DNA of 64,000 nucleotides from an uncultured bacterium (GTDB taxonomy: Bacteria > Krumholzibacteriota > Krumholzibacteriia > LZORAL124-64-63): the NCBI GenBank assembly GCA_963732385.1, contig CAVSZB010000007.1:960001-1024000 (forward strand), in the 5' to 3' direction. A program made the translations under genes and the position numbers. The notes under the pieces were generated by a model, which saw only the letters and a list, made by a program, of their open reading frames with translations, did no database searches and was not told the origin of the DNA. How positions within the stretch are numbered: position 1 is the first letter of the stretch; every line of letters begins with the position of its first letter. This document shows positions 47,200 to 57,188 of this stretch, piece after piece.

Positions 47200-48816
47200 A
47201 TGCCTGACATCCTGCGCCGGACGACCGCTTTGGCGGTGCTGCTGCTGGTGACCGGGTCCGCAACGGCCCGCACCGCACCGCCTCCGCCGAACATTGCCGC
47301 GCCCGACTCGGCCTGGCTGCGCCTGACGCTCGCGCCGGAGCGCCTGTCCGGCCTGGCGCGACTCTGGTACCACCGGGACGAGGGACCGGGCGAGGCGCTG
47401 CTCCTGCTCGGCGCGGCGTACACGATCAGCGCGGTCAGGGTGGACGGTCAGCCCGCGGTCTGGCGCGAGACCGCCGCGCCCGGCGATTCGTCGGACCGCG
47501 ATCCGGCACCCGCGACCTGGCGCGCGGCCCGCGCGCTGCGGGTCACGCTGCCGGCGCCTGCAGCACTGCGGTCATCCGCCCGCGTGGTGGAGATCGCCTA
47601 CGACGGAGCGCAACAGGCCCGGGCACCGTGGTCCTTTCTCCTGCGTCCCGGCGACCTCTTCCACCCCCTCGCCCCCGGCACGTCGCTGGCGTGGCGCGTG
47701 GAACTGCCGGGCGTTGACGCCGCGACGGTGGCCGGCAACCTCGTCGCCGTCGGCGCAGGCTACCGGACGCCGCGGCCGGTCGCCGCGCTCTACCTGCTCG
47801 GCGCGCTTCACCCGTTGAAGTGGCGCGCGGTCGGGGAGCTGCGGCTCGCCTGCCTGGCGCCCCCCGGCGAAACGACGCCCCCAGCGACCTGGGACCGTTT
47901 GACGCGCCTGCTCGAGCGGGCCAGGGGGGATTGGGGCCCTTACCCCTGGCCGACGTTGGTGATCGTCCCGGACCCGGCGCGCGGCGACCGCCCCCGCGCC
48001 TATCCCGGCGTCATCGAAACCGGACCGGTCGCGGAGGGGGTGGCGGGCGATGCCGTGCTGCTGCACGAAATCCTGCACGGCTGGTTCGGACTCGGCGTGA
48101 CCGCGCCGCCATGGGGCGACTGGAGCGAGGGGCTGTGCGCCCTGCTGGCCGACCACGACCTGCGCGCCGCCGACAATCCCCAAGCCGCGGCTCTCTTCCG
48201 GCGCGGGCTGCTGCGGCGTTTCACCGCTCTGGCCGGCACACCGGCCGACGTCCCGCTGCGCGACTACGCGCCGGGCGACTCCGTCACCGACGTGGTCGGT
48301 TACGGCAAGGGTCTGTTCTTCTTCCTGGAGCTGCGTCGCGAACTGGGCGAGGCCCGCTTCGTGGAGGGGTTGCGGCGGTTGCAGAGCCGGCACGGCGGCG
48401 GACAGGCGGATTGGTCCGATCTGTTCCGCTGCTTTCCGGCCGACGCGTCCGGCGGCCTCGTGTCCTTCTTCACCGCCTGGCTTGACCGACCGGGGGGGCC
48501 GGGCCTTGCAGCCGAAAACGCCACCTACGACCGGGCCCGGCGCGAAGTGCGGGTGAACATCCGTCAGCGCGCCGCGGCGTCCGGTCTCCGATCGGGCCTC
48601 CCGCCCGCGCCGTGGCCGATGCGCGTGCGGCTGCGCCTGGACGGACTCTCGAGCGCCCCGGTCCTGGTCGCGCTGGACAGGGCGGAACGGATTTGTCGCC
48701 TGCCGGCCGCCACCATACCCACCGCCGTGACGGCAGACCCCTTCTGGGAGACTTTCCGGTTGCTCGAAGACCCCGATCCGCCGCGGGCGCCGCTCGGCGG
48801 ACGTTCCGGTCGGTGA
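47200..48816 (+). CDS. Secreted M1-family (gluzincin) metallopeptidase
   Basis: Signal peptide, GPYPW, HEILHGWFG...WSEG (HExxH...E), YGKG. Confidence 0.8.
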   Translation: MPDILRRTTALAVLLLVTGSATARTAPPPPNIAAPDSAWLRLTLAPERLSGLARLWYHRDEGPGEALLLLGAAYTISAVRVDGQPAVWRETAAPGDSSDRDPAPATWRAARALRVTLPAPAALRSSARVVEIAYDGAQQARAPWSFLLRPGDLFHPLAPGTSLAWRVELPGVDAATVAGNLVAVGAGYRTPRPVAALYLLGALHPLKWRAVGELRLACLAPPGETTPPATWDRLTRLLERARGDWGPYPWPTLVIVPDPARGDRPRAYPGVIETGPVAEGVAGDAVLLHEILHGWFGLGVTAPPWGDWSEGLCALLADHDLRAADNPQAAALFRRGLLRRFTALAGTPADVPLRDYAPGDSVTDVVGYGKGLFFFLELRRELGEARFVEGLRRLQSRHGGGQADWSDLFRCFPADASGGLVSFFTAWLDRPGGPGLAAENATYDRARREVRVNIRQRAAASGLRSGLPPAPWPMRVRLRLDGLSSAPVLVALDRAERICRLPAATIPTAVTADPFWETFRLLEDPDPPRAPLGGRSGR

Positions 48817-48843
48817 GGCGGGAGCGGCCGCTCGGCGCGACGG

Positions 48844-50034
48844 TCAGCCGACGCGCGCGAGCGCCTGCGCCAGGTCTTCGGTGAGATCCCCGATGTCCTC
48901 GATCCCGACCGAAATACGGATCAGGCCGGGCGCGATGCCGGCCCGCGCCAACTCCGCGTCGGAGAGCGGGCCGTGCGTCATCGTCGCGGGGTGCTCGATC
49001 AGCGATTCCACACCGCCCAGGCTCACCGCCAGCACCAGCAGCCGCGTGGCCTCCACGAAGCGGAGCCCCGCCTCCCGCCCCCCCTTCAACTCGCACGCGA
49101 CCATGCCGCCAAACCCGTGCATCTGCCGGCGCGCCAGTTCGTGCTGCGGATGCTCCGGCAGGCCCGGATAGTGCACCCGCTCGACCGCGGGATGGGCGGC
49201 GAGAAAACGGGCCACGGCCAGGGCGTTTTCGTTGTGACGCTCCACGCGCACGGCCAGGGTCTTCATGCCACGCAGCAGGAGCGAGGCCGCGTGCGGATCG
49301 AGGCAGCCGCCAAGCAGCTTCTGCTTGCGCCAGATCCGCTCCATCACCGGCGCCGCACCGATCGCGCAGCCGGCGATGACGTCGGAATGTCCGGAGAGAT
49401 ACTTGGTGGCGCTGTGCACCACCACCTCGGCGCCCAGCGCGAGCGGGTTCTGGTTGATGGGCGAGGCGAAGGTGTTGTCAGCAACCGTGAGGATGCCCCG
49501 CGCACGCGCCTCCGCGGCGACGGCCGCGATGTCGGTCAGCACGAGTTTGGGGTTGTCGGGCGTCTCAACGTAGAAGACGCGCGTGTCGGGCCGCGCCGCC
49601 CGCGCGAAATTCCCCGGCTCGCGCGGATCGACGAAATCCACCGTCACGCCCAGGGCGCGCAGATCCCGGCCGAGCAGCTCGGTGGTGGCCGCATACAACG
49701 AATCGGCCGCCACGACATGGTCGCCGGGGCCGAGCAGGGCGTAGAGCGTCGTGCTGATGGCGGCCATGCCGGAGGCGAAGGCGAGCGCCTTCTCGCCCCC
49801 CTCGCAGTCGGCAACGACACGCTCCCACACCTCGACGGTCGGATTGCCCCAGCGGGTGTAGAAGGCCGACGGGTGGGTCTCGTCCGCGTATCGCGCCCCC
49901 TGCGCCGCGCTGGCGAGACGGAAGGTCGCACTCTGGTAAACCGGTGTGGCCATCGGCGCGGAAGGGGACTCCGCCGGCGGGTGATGCACCACGCGGGTCC
50001 GCAGGGCGGACCGACGAGTCGGATCAACGGTCAA
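48844..50034 (-). CDS. PLP-dependent trans-sulfuration enzyme (methionine gamma-lyase / cystathionine gamma-synthase or lyase)
   Basis: YTRWGNPT, ASGMAA, ETPDNP, DNTF, HSATKYLSGHSD, SLGGVES, RISVGIE. Confidence 0.92.
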   Translation of the reverse strand: MTVDPTRRSALRTRVVHHPPAESPSAPMATPVYQSATFRLASAAQGARYADETHPSAFYTRWGNPTVEVWERVVADCEGGEKALAFASGMAAISTTLYALLGPGDHVVAADSLYAATTELLGRDLRALGVTVDFVDPREPGNFARAARPDTRVFYVETPDNPKLVLTDIAAVAAEARARGILTVADNTFASPINQNPLALGAEVVVHSATKYLSGHSDVIAGCAIGAAPVMERIWRKQKLLGGCLDPHAASLLLRGMKTLAVRVERHNENALAVARFLAAHPAVERVHYPGLPEHPQHELARRQMHGFGGMVACELKGGREAGLRFVEATRLLVLAVSLGGVESLIEHPATMTHGPLSDAELARAGIAPGLIRISVGIEDIGDLTEDLAQALARVG

Positions 50035-50061
50035 GACACGAGCCTCTCGCGGAGCGCCTCG

Positions 50062-50421
50062 CTACGGCTGCACCGGATAGCGATCCGGCCGCGCGAACAG
50101 ATCGATCAGGAAGGTGCGCTTACTGAAACTGGCGCGATGACTGGCGCCCTCGGGAATGTGATAGGCCTCGCCCTGCTGGTAGAGATCGGTGTGTCCGCCG
50201 ATCTCCAGCGTCATCTCGCCCGCGACCACGGTACCCCACTGTTCGCAGTGATTATGGTCGGGGAAGGAGGTGCCTTCATCCATCTCGAAGAAAACAACCT
50301 GTCGGTCGTCATTGCGCAGGCAATGGCCGATCACGCCCGAAACGGGCACGACAACCAGGGGCAGGGAGAGGATCTCCCGGGGCCAGAGGCTCTGTCCGGG
50401 CTCGGTCCTGCCGGTCTCCAT
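50062..50421 (-). CDS. Cupin-domain protein
   Basis: PDHNHCEQWG...GEAYHIPEGASH cupin motifs; GAGGAG RBS. Confidence 0.85.
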   Translation of the reverse strand: METGRTEPGQSLWPREILSLPLVVVPVSGVIGHCLRNDDRQVVFFEMDEGTSFPDHNHCEQWGTVVAGEMTLEIGGHTDLYQQGEAYHIPEGASHRASFSKRTFLIDLFARPDRYPVQP

Positions 50422-50564
50422 GCGCTCCTCCTCGTTTGGAAGGGTATCTCCGGAACGCGGTGCGCGCGTCCCGCAGGACATCTTAGCCTGCCGCCGGGGA
50501 AGTGCAAGAGCCGGACACGGCCGGGTGTCTCGGAACCGGCCGGGCGCACGGGCACGCGACCAGT

Positions 50565-51767
50565 TCAGCCATTGACAGCGCCACTGAGGTCGTTCGGCAG
50601 CCAGAAGCGGAAGACGCTCCCCTCGCCCGGCGTGCTCGCCACGACCAGGTCGCCCCCCATGCCCCGCACAATGCTCTGGCTGATCGCCAGGCCCAGTCCG
50701 GTGCCGCCGCAGCGACGGGCCGTGTCGGCGCGGCCCTGGTCGTAGGGGTCGAAAATCGCCGACAGCAGCGACGACGGGATCCCCTCGCCCGTGTCGGCGA
50801 TCTCCACTTCCAGCCACCCGGACCGCCCGGGACGGGGCCGGCAGTTCAGCGACACCCCGCCGCGGGAGGTGAACTTCACCGCGTTGCCGAGCAGATTGCA
50901 CAGCACCTGACGCACCCGCGTCGCGTCGCCCCGCTGCTCGACCGGCACCTCCGGGTCGATCCGCACCTCGAACGACAGACCCTTGACGAGCGCGGTGGGA
51001 CGCACCGCCTCCGCCGCCTCCCGGGCGGTCTCGCGCAGATCGTACCGAATCGTTTCGAAGCGCAGCCGACCGGCCTCGATCTTCGATAGATCGAGCACGT
51101 TGTTGATCAGCGTCAGCAGGGCCTCGCCGCACGCCTTGATGGCCGTGGCGTACTCCAGGGGCTCCGGCCCGAGCGGCAGCAGGTTGAGGAGATCGGCGTA
51201 GCCCATGATCCCGGTCAGCGGGGTGCGCAATTCATGCGACATGCTGGCCAGGAATTCACTGCGGTTGCGCGCCCTCCGTTCGACCTCCCGCCACGCCTCC
51301 GCCTCCTCCGCTCGCCGGACGGCAAGCGCCCCGACACTGTCGAGCAACTTCCCCCAGCCGGCATCCGCCTCCGGCACGCCATGCCCGAGGAGGGCGGCAG
51401 GCACCTGCTCGCCGTGACGTCCACGGACCCGCAGGGCGGTCGCGCGCACCAGACTGCCGCACGCCCCGCAGCGCCAGCCGGTCAGCCAGCCTCCCGCCGG
51501 CGCCGCCGGGAGGCCGGCCAGAAGTTCCGCGCGACAGTCCGCCGCCAGCGATCCGGCCCCCTCCGCCCCGCCCGGCAGCGTCCGCTCGCGCCAGCCGTCT
51601 CCCACGCGCTGGAACAACAGCACCCGCGGTCCGCCGGCGGCCGCGATCCCCGCCGCCAGCGCGCCCAGACTCGTTTCATCCAGCCGGCAGGACGCCACCA
51701 GCGCGTCCGACGCACCCGGGCAGACCGCCACTTCGCTGACATCGGTTTGGCGGGTGATCATGCGCAT
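50565..51767 (-). CDS. Histidine kinase (hybrid-type core without a receiver)
   Basis: SEFLASMSHELRTPL, LDLSKIEAG, RQVLCNLLGNAVKFT, DTGEGI, GGTGLGLAI; start approximate. Confidence 0.88.
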   Translation of the reverse strand: MRMITRQTDVSEVAVCPGASDALVASCRLDETSLGALAAGIAAAGGPRVLLFQRVGDGWRERTLPGGAEGAGSLAADCRAELLAGLPAAPAGGWLTGWRCGACGSLVRATALRVRGRHGEQVPAALLGHGVPEADAGWGKLLDSVGALAVRRAEEAEAWREVERRARNRSEFLASMSHELRTPLTGIMGYADLLNLLPLGPEPLEYATAIKACGEALLTLINNVLDLSKIEAGRLRFETIRYDLRETAREAAEAVRPTALVKGLSFEVRIDPEVPVEQRGDATRVRQVLCNLLGNAVKFTSRGGVSLNCRPRPGRSGWLEVEIADTGEGIPSSLLSAIFDPYDQGRADTARRCGGTGLGLAISQSIVRGMGGDLVVASTPGEGSVFRFWLPNDLSGAVNG

Positions 51768-51868
51768 CCCGTGGGGAAAAGGCCGGCCGGACCGCAACCT
51801 AAAACCAGACTTTAGGTTCGGACGAGGCGACGGTTTCTTGAGCCGGGATTGCGATCGCCGCGCGGATC

Positions 51869-52780
51869 CTAGGCCGCGGGCAACAACAACTTCCCCGCGC
51901 GGGCCGGTGCCGCGGCGGGCAGGAGGAAATCGGCCACGACGGGGAAATGGTCGGACGGCCTGGCCTTTTCGTGGCCGAAGAACCGGTCGAAGTCGACCCG
52001 CTCGACCCGCCCCACCTCGAGCCGGGGCCGGTAGAGCACATAATCGATGCGGCGAGCGCCGAGCAGGGCCCGCTTGACGCCGCGGAGCGACCCGAGGCCG
52101 CGGAAGGTGGCGGCCGCCTCCGGCGCGAGCGAATTGCCCGCCCGCCAGGCGTCGTGCAGCGCCGTGTCGCGCCGAGCGCCGTCGGCCAGCGTGAGCAGTT
52201 CGGGCGAGTTGGCCACGGCATTGAAGTCGCCGGTGAGGAAGAGGGGCGTGTCGTCGCCGAGCTGTCGCACCCGCGCCGTCACATAGTCGCGCAAAGCCAG
52301 CGCGCTGCGTCGTCGCGCCAGCCCGCTGAAGGCCTCGAGATGGGTGGTGCCCATCACGAACGGCTGACCCCCGCCCAGCAGCTCGAAGGTCTGCCAGGTG
52401 GCCACCCGCGGGCGCGTGCCGGGCGCAAAGCGTGAGGCCGGCACCCCCGGCGTCGGCGAGAGCCACCAGGTATCGGACTCATCCTCGGCCGGGCGGACAC
52501 GATCCCGGCGGTAGAAGATGGCGCAGTACCAGTTGTGGACACTGTCGGAAAGATCAGTCCTCGACAGGTTGCCTTCCCCGACGAAGTCGTACTCCGGAAG
52601 CAGCTCCGCCAGCTCGATCAACTGGGCCAGGTTCGCCTCCTGGGTGCCTACGACATCCGGCGCGTACTCACGGAAGATGCGCGCCACGCTGCGCTTGCGC
52701 AGTCGCCAGGGATGGCTCCGCCTCAGCTGCGTGGATGTGAGCAGATTGAATGTCATGACGCGCAGGGTTGCAGAGTGCAA
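51869..52780 (-). CDS. Endonuclease/exonuclease/phosphatase (EEP) family protein
   Basis: MTFN, GTQE, TTHL, GDFN, RIDY, SDHFPV. Confidence 0.9.
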   Translation of the reverse strand: MHSATLRVMTFNLLTSTQLRRSHPWRLRKRSVARIFREYAPDVVGTQEANLAQLIELAELLPEYDFVGEGNLSRTDLSDSVHNWYCAIFYRRDRVRPAEDESDTWWLSPTPGVPASRFAPGTRPRVATWQTFELLGGGQPFVMGTTHLEAFSGLARRRSALALRDYVTARVRQLGDDTPLFLTGDFNAVANSPELLTLADGARRDTALHDAWRAGNSLAPEAAATFRGLGSLRGVKRALLGARRIDYVLYRPRLEVGRVERVDFDRFFGHEKARPSDHFPVVADFLLPAAAPARAGKLLLPAA

Positions 52781-52978
52781 GGTCCTCGAATCTCCAGGCG
52801 AGTGCCAGGGAGCGCGTGTCGCCCCCGGCCAGGTGGTAGCCAGTCGTTACAATTTCGCGCCCTCGGGCGGCATCCGCAAGGCGCGCGGACCCGGATCGGG
52901 AAGCATGCGCCACGGTGCAGCCGCGTGATTGCATAAAACGGGCCGCGCTCCGGAAAGTTTCAAGTATTGTAATTTATT

Positions 52979-53563
52979 TTAAGGCAATGATTTACGGCGA
53001 CGACTCGCCTGATTGAACAGCTCCAGCTGCGGAGGATGCAATGGCAGCCCGGCGCGTTGCAGGACGGCGGCGATCCAGTGGTCGCGATCGCGCGGCGCGA
53101 GGGCGAGACGGGGAAAGCCGAATTCGTCGAGCAGCCGGTCGATCAGCTGGTCGATCGCACCCTGGAAGTCCACGGAGGTGTCGCGCGTGCCGTCGAACGA
53201 CGGGGGGGCGATGACCGGCACCTTCACGAGCAGTGTGTAGCTCGACATCCAGGCGCGCAGGAACGGTTCGAGGTCGGGCCGTCGGCCGGCGGCATGGACC
53301 ATGTAGGCGTAATTGTCCACGACCGAACGATCGCACACGACCGCTTCGTAGCGGCTGGCGACCTCGATCTCGCGCGCCACCTGGGAGTGCAGGATCCACG
53401 ACTGGGCGGCGATCGTCGTGTCACGGTTGATCGGCAGCGGGCAGGCGCGGGCCACCTCCTTGACGATGTCGACGCTCAGATCGAGCCGCTTGAGACAGGC
53501 GGCCAGCTCGAAACAGAGCGTCGTCTTGCCGACGCCGTGGGTGCCGATAAACGCGATCTTCAT
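52979..53563 (-). CDS. P-loop NTPase / nucleotide-kinase-like (AAA_28, NadR/Ttd14 type)
   Basis: GTHGVGKTT, EVAR, CDRSVVDNYAY. Confidence 0.8.
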   Translation of the reverse strand: MKIAFIGTHGVGKTTLCFELAACLKRLDLSVDIVKEVARACPLPINRDTTIAAQSWILHSQVAREIEVASRYEAVVCDRSVVDNYAYMVHAAGRRPDLEPFLRAWMSSYTLLVKVPVIAPPSFDGTRDTSVDFQGAIDQLIDRLLDEFGFPRLALAPRDRDHWIAAVLQRAGLPLHPPQLELFNQASRRRKSLP

Positions 53564-53794
53564 GACGCGGGAGGATAGGGTGCCGGACCGGCCAAGTCCA
53601 GCGCCGCCTGCGCGGCGGCAGAAGAGCGAACACAGCTCCCGGACGATTTGCTATACTGGAGGCTTCGAAAGGCCGTTCCGCTTGGGCCATGTAAGACCGT
53701 CGCGTCTTCCACCGGCGGTCGGCCGGCAACGCCGCCGAGCCCCTGGGTCCCTGCGGCGGCTTTTGGTGCGCTCATCACAGCAGGAAGGATCAGC

Positions 53795-56437
53795 ATGTCT
53801 CGCCGCAATTCTTCTGCCGCGGCTGCCGTCACCGTGGGACTCGTCGTCATCCTGCTCGCCACGCTCCTGCCGGGCGCCATCGCCGCCGCTGTGCTCCCGA
53901 TCCCGCATCACGATCTGGTCGTCGTGGAAGCTCCTGGCGGGACCCTCGCCGCGCTGGCAGCCGCCGGCTACGACATCGTCGGCGGCAAACCGGGCTTCGA
54001 GGCGAAAATCCTCGCCACTCCCGCCGAGCAGGCGCGCCTGACCGCCGACGGCTACCGCTTCGTGGTGGAGCAGCAGGACCTGGAGTCGTTCTACGCCGCC
54101 CGCGGCGGCAAGGGAATCGGCTTCGGCGCCTTCCATACCTATTCCGAGACCATGGACCAGCTCGACGCACTGCACGCCGCCTACCCGACCGTCACGACTG
54201 CGAAGTACGCGATCGGCACCACGAGCGAGGGACGCACGGTCTGGGCACTGAAGGTAAGTGACAACCCCGATGTCGACGAGAGCGAGCCGGAGGTGCTGTT
54301 CGACGCCCTGCACCACGCGCGCGAACCGATGTCGACCGAGGCCTGCCTGCTGCTGATCGAGTACCTCGGCGCCAACTACGCGACCGACCCCTACGTGCGC
54401 TGGCTCGTCGACGAGCGCGAGATCTACTTCGTGCCGATCGTCAACCCGGACGGTTACGTCTACAACGAGCTCACCTACCCCGACGGCGGCGGCATGTGGC
54501 GCAAAAATCGACGCGACAACGGCGACGGCTCCTTCGGCGTGGACCCGAACCGGAACTATCCGTACGAGTGGATCGGCCCGGGATCCAGCGACGATCCCTC
54601 AAACGACCTCTATCGCGGCCCCTACGCCGGCAGCGAGCCGGAAGTACAGGCCCTGATGAACCTGTCGCTCACGCATCAGTTCCAGACCGCGCAGAGCTTC
54701 CACACCTACAGCGACTACGTGCTGATACCGTGGGGCTTCACGCTCGATCACACGCCCGACGACGCCATCCTGCGCGACGTCGCCAACACCATGGCCGCCA
54801 CGAACGGCTACACGGTCGGCCAGGCGCCCGAGATCCTCTACGTGGTGAACGGCAGCGCGACCGACTGGCAGTACGGCGAGCAGGCGGTCAAGGGGAAGAT
54901 TTTCGCCTTCTCCAACGAGATCGGCAACGACACCGACGGCTTCTGGCCGCTCGACACCCGGATCCCCCAGCTGTTCCAGGACAACCTCCCGGGAGCTCTC
55001 CACCTGATCGAGGTGGCCGGCCCCTCCCTTTTCGTGCGCAACCTGGCCGTGACCGGCGGCGACGGCAACGGCCGCCTGGACTCCGGCGAGAGCGCCGGCC
55101 TCGCCTTCGACGCGCTCAACGGCGCGGTGATGATGAACGCGGACGACGTGACGGTCACCCTGCTCAGCGACGACCCCTACCTGCAACTGGGCGAGGCGCA
55201 GCGCCTGCTCGGCACGCTGGGTCCCCGTACGACCTGGAGCTGCGCCGCGCAGCCCTTCCAAATGACCGTGGACGCGGCCTGTCCGGCCCAATACGTCATG
55301 CCGCTGATCCTGCGCTTCGCCTGGACCGGCGGCGCGAAGGATGTGGCGGTGAATCTGCCGGTGGGGGCGCCGACCGTGCTGGTCGCCGACGACCTGGAGA
55401 ACGGCACGCTGCTCTGGAAGCTTACCGCGCCGTGGGGCCTGACCACGGCCGACAGCCATTCCCCCACCCACTCGCTCACCGATAGTCCCTCGGGCTCTTA
55501 CGCGAACAATTCCAGCCGTTCGGCGCAGCTGCTCAACCCGCTGGACCTCACGGGAATCGGCCTGCCGACCCTGGCCTTCTGGACGCGGTACGTCACCGAG
55601 GCCGGGTATGATTTCTGCCTCGTCGAAGCCTCCACCGACGGCGTCTCCTGGCAGACGCTGGCCAGCTACAACGGATCGCAGACCGCCTGGGTGCAGAAGA
55701 TCATCCCGCTCGACGCCTATGCGGGGCAGACGCAGTTGCGTCTGCGCTTCCGACTCAAGAGCGACGGCTCCGTTACGGACGACGGCTGGTACCTCGACGA
55801 TGTGGTCATATCGGGGTACCCGGTTCCGGCCGACGCCGCCCCGACGGCTCCGGTGGAGATCGCACCGGTGGACGGCGTCACCGTGACAACCCCTGTGTTC
55901 ACGGTGCTCAACGCCACCGACCCCGACGGCCCGGCTCCGCTGACGTACGGGCTGCGCATCTACAGCGACCCGCTCTTCACCCTGCCGGTGCTCACACAGA
56001 CCGGTCAGGCGGAGGGAGTCGGCCAGACGATCTGGAGCCTGCCGGCCGACGCGCTCGAAGGCGGCACCTGGTACTGGCGCGCCTGGGCCGACGACTCGAT
56101 CCTGCGCGGGCCGCTCAGTTCCGGCGCAGCGTTCGTCCTCGACACGCAGACCGGCGTCGATGACGGCGCCCGCCGCTCCTTCCTCGCCGCGACGCCGACC
56201 GGCGGCGGCATCTCCTTCCGCTTCACGGTGCCGCGCGCCGGCCGCGCCACGCTTACCCTCTACAACCTGCGCGGCGAACGGGTGGCGGTCGTCTTCGCGG
56301 GCGAGATCGCCGGCGAAACGACGACGATCTGGAATCAGCGCGACACGGCCGGAGCTGCAGTCGCCTCCGGTCTCTACCTGGCCCGCCTGAGCGGACCCGG
56401 CACGGAACTCTCGCTCAAGCTGCTCGTGGTGCGCTGA
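53795..56437 (+). CDS. Secreted M14 zinc carboxypeptidase (carboxypeptidase T-like) with beta-sandwich domains and a C-terminal FlgD-Ig-like domain
   Basis: Signal peptide, HHARE, NPDG, WRKNR, GVDPNRNY, SEPE, HTYS, catalytic E in NEIG; C-terminal LYNLRGERV...WNQRD..G..VASGLY. Confidence 0.9.
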   Translation: MSRRNSSAAAAVTVGLVVILLATLLPGAIAAAVLPIPHHDLVVVEAPGGTLAALAAAGYDIVGGKPGFEAKILATPAEQARLTADGYRFVVEQQDLESFYAARGGKGIGFGAFHTYSETMDQLDALHAAYPTVTTAKYAIGTTSEGRTVWALKVSDNPDVDESEPEVLFDALHHAREPMSTEACLLLIEYLGANYATDPYVRWLVDEREIYFVPIVNPDGYVYNELTYPDGGGMWRKNRRDNGDGSFGVDPNRNYPYEWIGPGSSDDPSNDLYRGPYAGSEPEVQALMNLSLTHQFQTAQSFHTYSDYVLIPWGFTLDHTPDDAILRDVANTMAATNGYTVGQAPEILYVVNGSATDWQYGEQAVKGKIFAFSNEIGNDTDGFWPLDTRIPQLFQDNLPGALHLIEVAGPSLFVRNLAVTGGDGNGRLDSGESAGLAFDALNGAVMMNADDVTVTLLSDDPYLQLGEAQRLLGTLGPRTTWSCAAQPFQMTVDAACPAQYVMPLILRFAWTGGAKDVAVNLPVGAPTVLVADDLENGTLLWKLTAPWGLTTADSHSPTHSLTDSPSGSYANNSSRSAQLLNPLDLTGIGLPTLAFWTRYVTEAGYDFCLVEASTDGVSWQTLASYNGSQTAWVQKIIPLDAYAGQTQLRLRFRLKSDGSVTDDGWYLDDVVISGYPVPADAAPTAPVEIAPVDGVTVTTPVFTVLNATDPDGPAPLTYGLRIYSDPLFTLPVLTQTGQAEGVGQTIWSLPADALEGGTWYWRAWADDSILRGPLSSGAAFVLDTQTGVDDGARRSFLAATPTGGGISFRFTVPRAGRATLTLYNLRGERVAVVFAGEIAGETTTIWNQRDTAGAAVASGLYLARLSGPGTELSLKLLVVR

Positions 56438-56463
56438 CCGGCGATGCTGCCGGCCCCTCTCGC

Positions 56464-56494
56464 GGCCCGCCGCCTTCAGGGCGGCGGGCCTTTT
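56464..56494 (+). terminator. Rho-independent terminator
   Basis: GGCCCGCCGCC-TTCAG-GGCGGCGGGCC-TTTT. Confidence 0.85.
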
Positions 56495-56538
56495 GCGTGA
56501 CGGCCGTCCGCGCGCTCCCTATCCTCGCTCCTGCCCCC

Positions 56539-56567
56539 TGTAAACGGCGGCGCTCCATCCAGCGTCT
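56539..56567 (+). promoter_or_regulatory. ECF-sigma-type (likely autoregulatory) promoter
   Basis: TGTAAAC-N17-CGTCT (AAC / CGT pattern) 30 bp upstream of the ECF sigma ATG. Confidence 0.6.
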
Positions 56568-56597
56568 TCAGTGTCAGTCCGGAAGGAGGCGACGGTG

Positions 56598-57188
56598 ATG
56601 ACAGAATCCGCACATCGACAGGACGGGGAACTGGCCCGCCGGGCGGCCGCCGGCGATGAGCGGGCCTGGCGCGCGATCTACGACGCGACGTGCCAGCCGC
56701 TCTTCAACTTCCTGTGCTGGCAGCTGGGCGACCGCGAAGCGGCCCGCGACGCGCTGCAGGAGACCTACCTCGCCGCGTACCGCCAGCTCGGCGGCTACCG
56801 CGGCGAAGGCAGCCTGCTTGGCTGGTTGCGGGCCATCGCGCTGCGCAAGGGGTTCGACTGGAAGCGGGCGTTCTGGCGGCGTCTGCGCCTGCGGGAACGG
56901 CTGGCCGGCGAGCCGGTCGCCGCGGTGCTCCCGCGCGAGGAGATCGTCCTCGACGCGGAGCGGGCGGCGCTGTGGCGGGCGATCGGCGCCCTGTCACCGC
57001 AACAGCGGGCGGCCCTCCTCCTCCACGAAATGGAGGAGTTGCCGGTCGCCGAGGTGGCGATGGCGCTCGGTTGCGCCGAAACCACGACGCGGGTCCACCT
57101 GCACCGGGCCCGCGAACGCATGCAGCGGCTGCTCCGCACGGACGAGCCGGTTTCCGTCGTCGAGGAAATGGGAGGGCAGCAGACATGA
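56598..57188 (+). CDS. ECF RNA polymerase sigma factor
   Basis: Region 2 (ARDALQETYL...GWLRAIA) and region 4 (LSPQQRAALLL...TTRVHLHRAR); AAGGAGG RBS. Confidence 0.93.
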   Translation: MTESAHRQDGELARRAAAGDERAWRAIYDATCQPLFNFLCWQLGDREAARDALQETYLAAYRQLGGYRGEGSLLGWLRAIALRKGFDWKRAFWRRLRLRERLAGEPVAAVLPREEIVLDAERAALWRAIGALSPQQRAALLLHEMEELPVAEVAMALGCAETTTRVHLHRARERMQRLLRTDEPVSVVEEMGGQQT

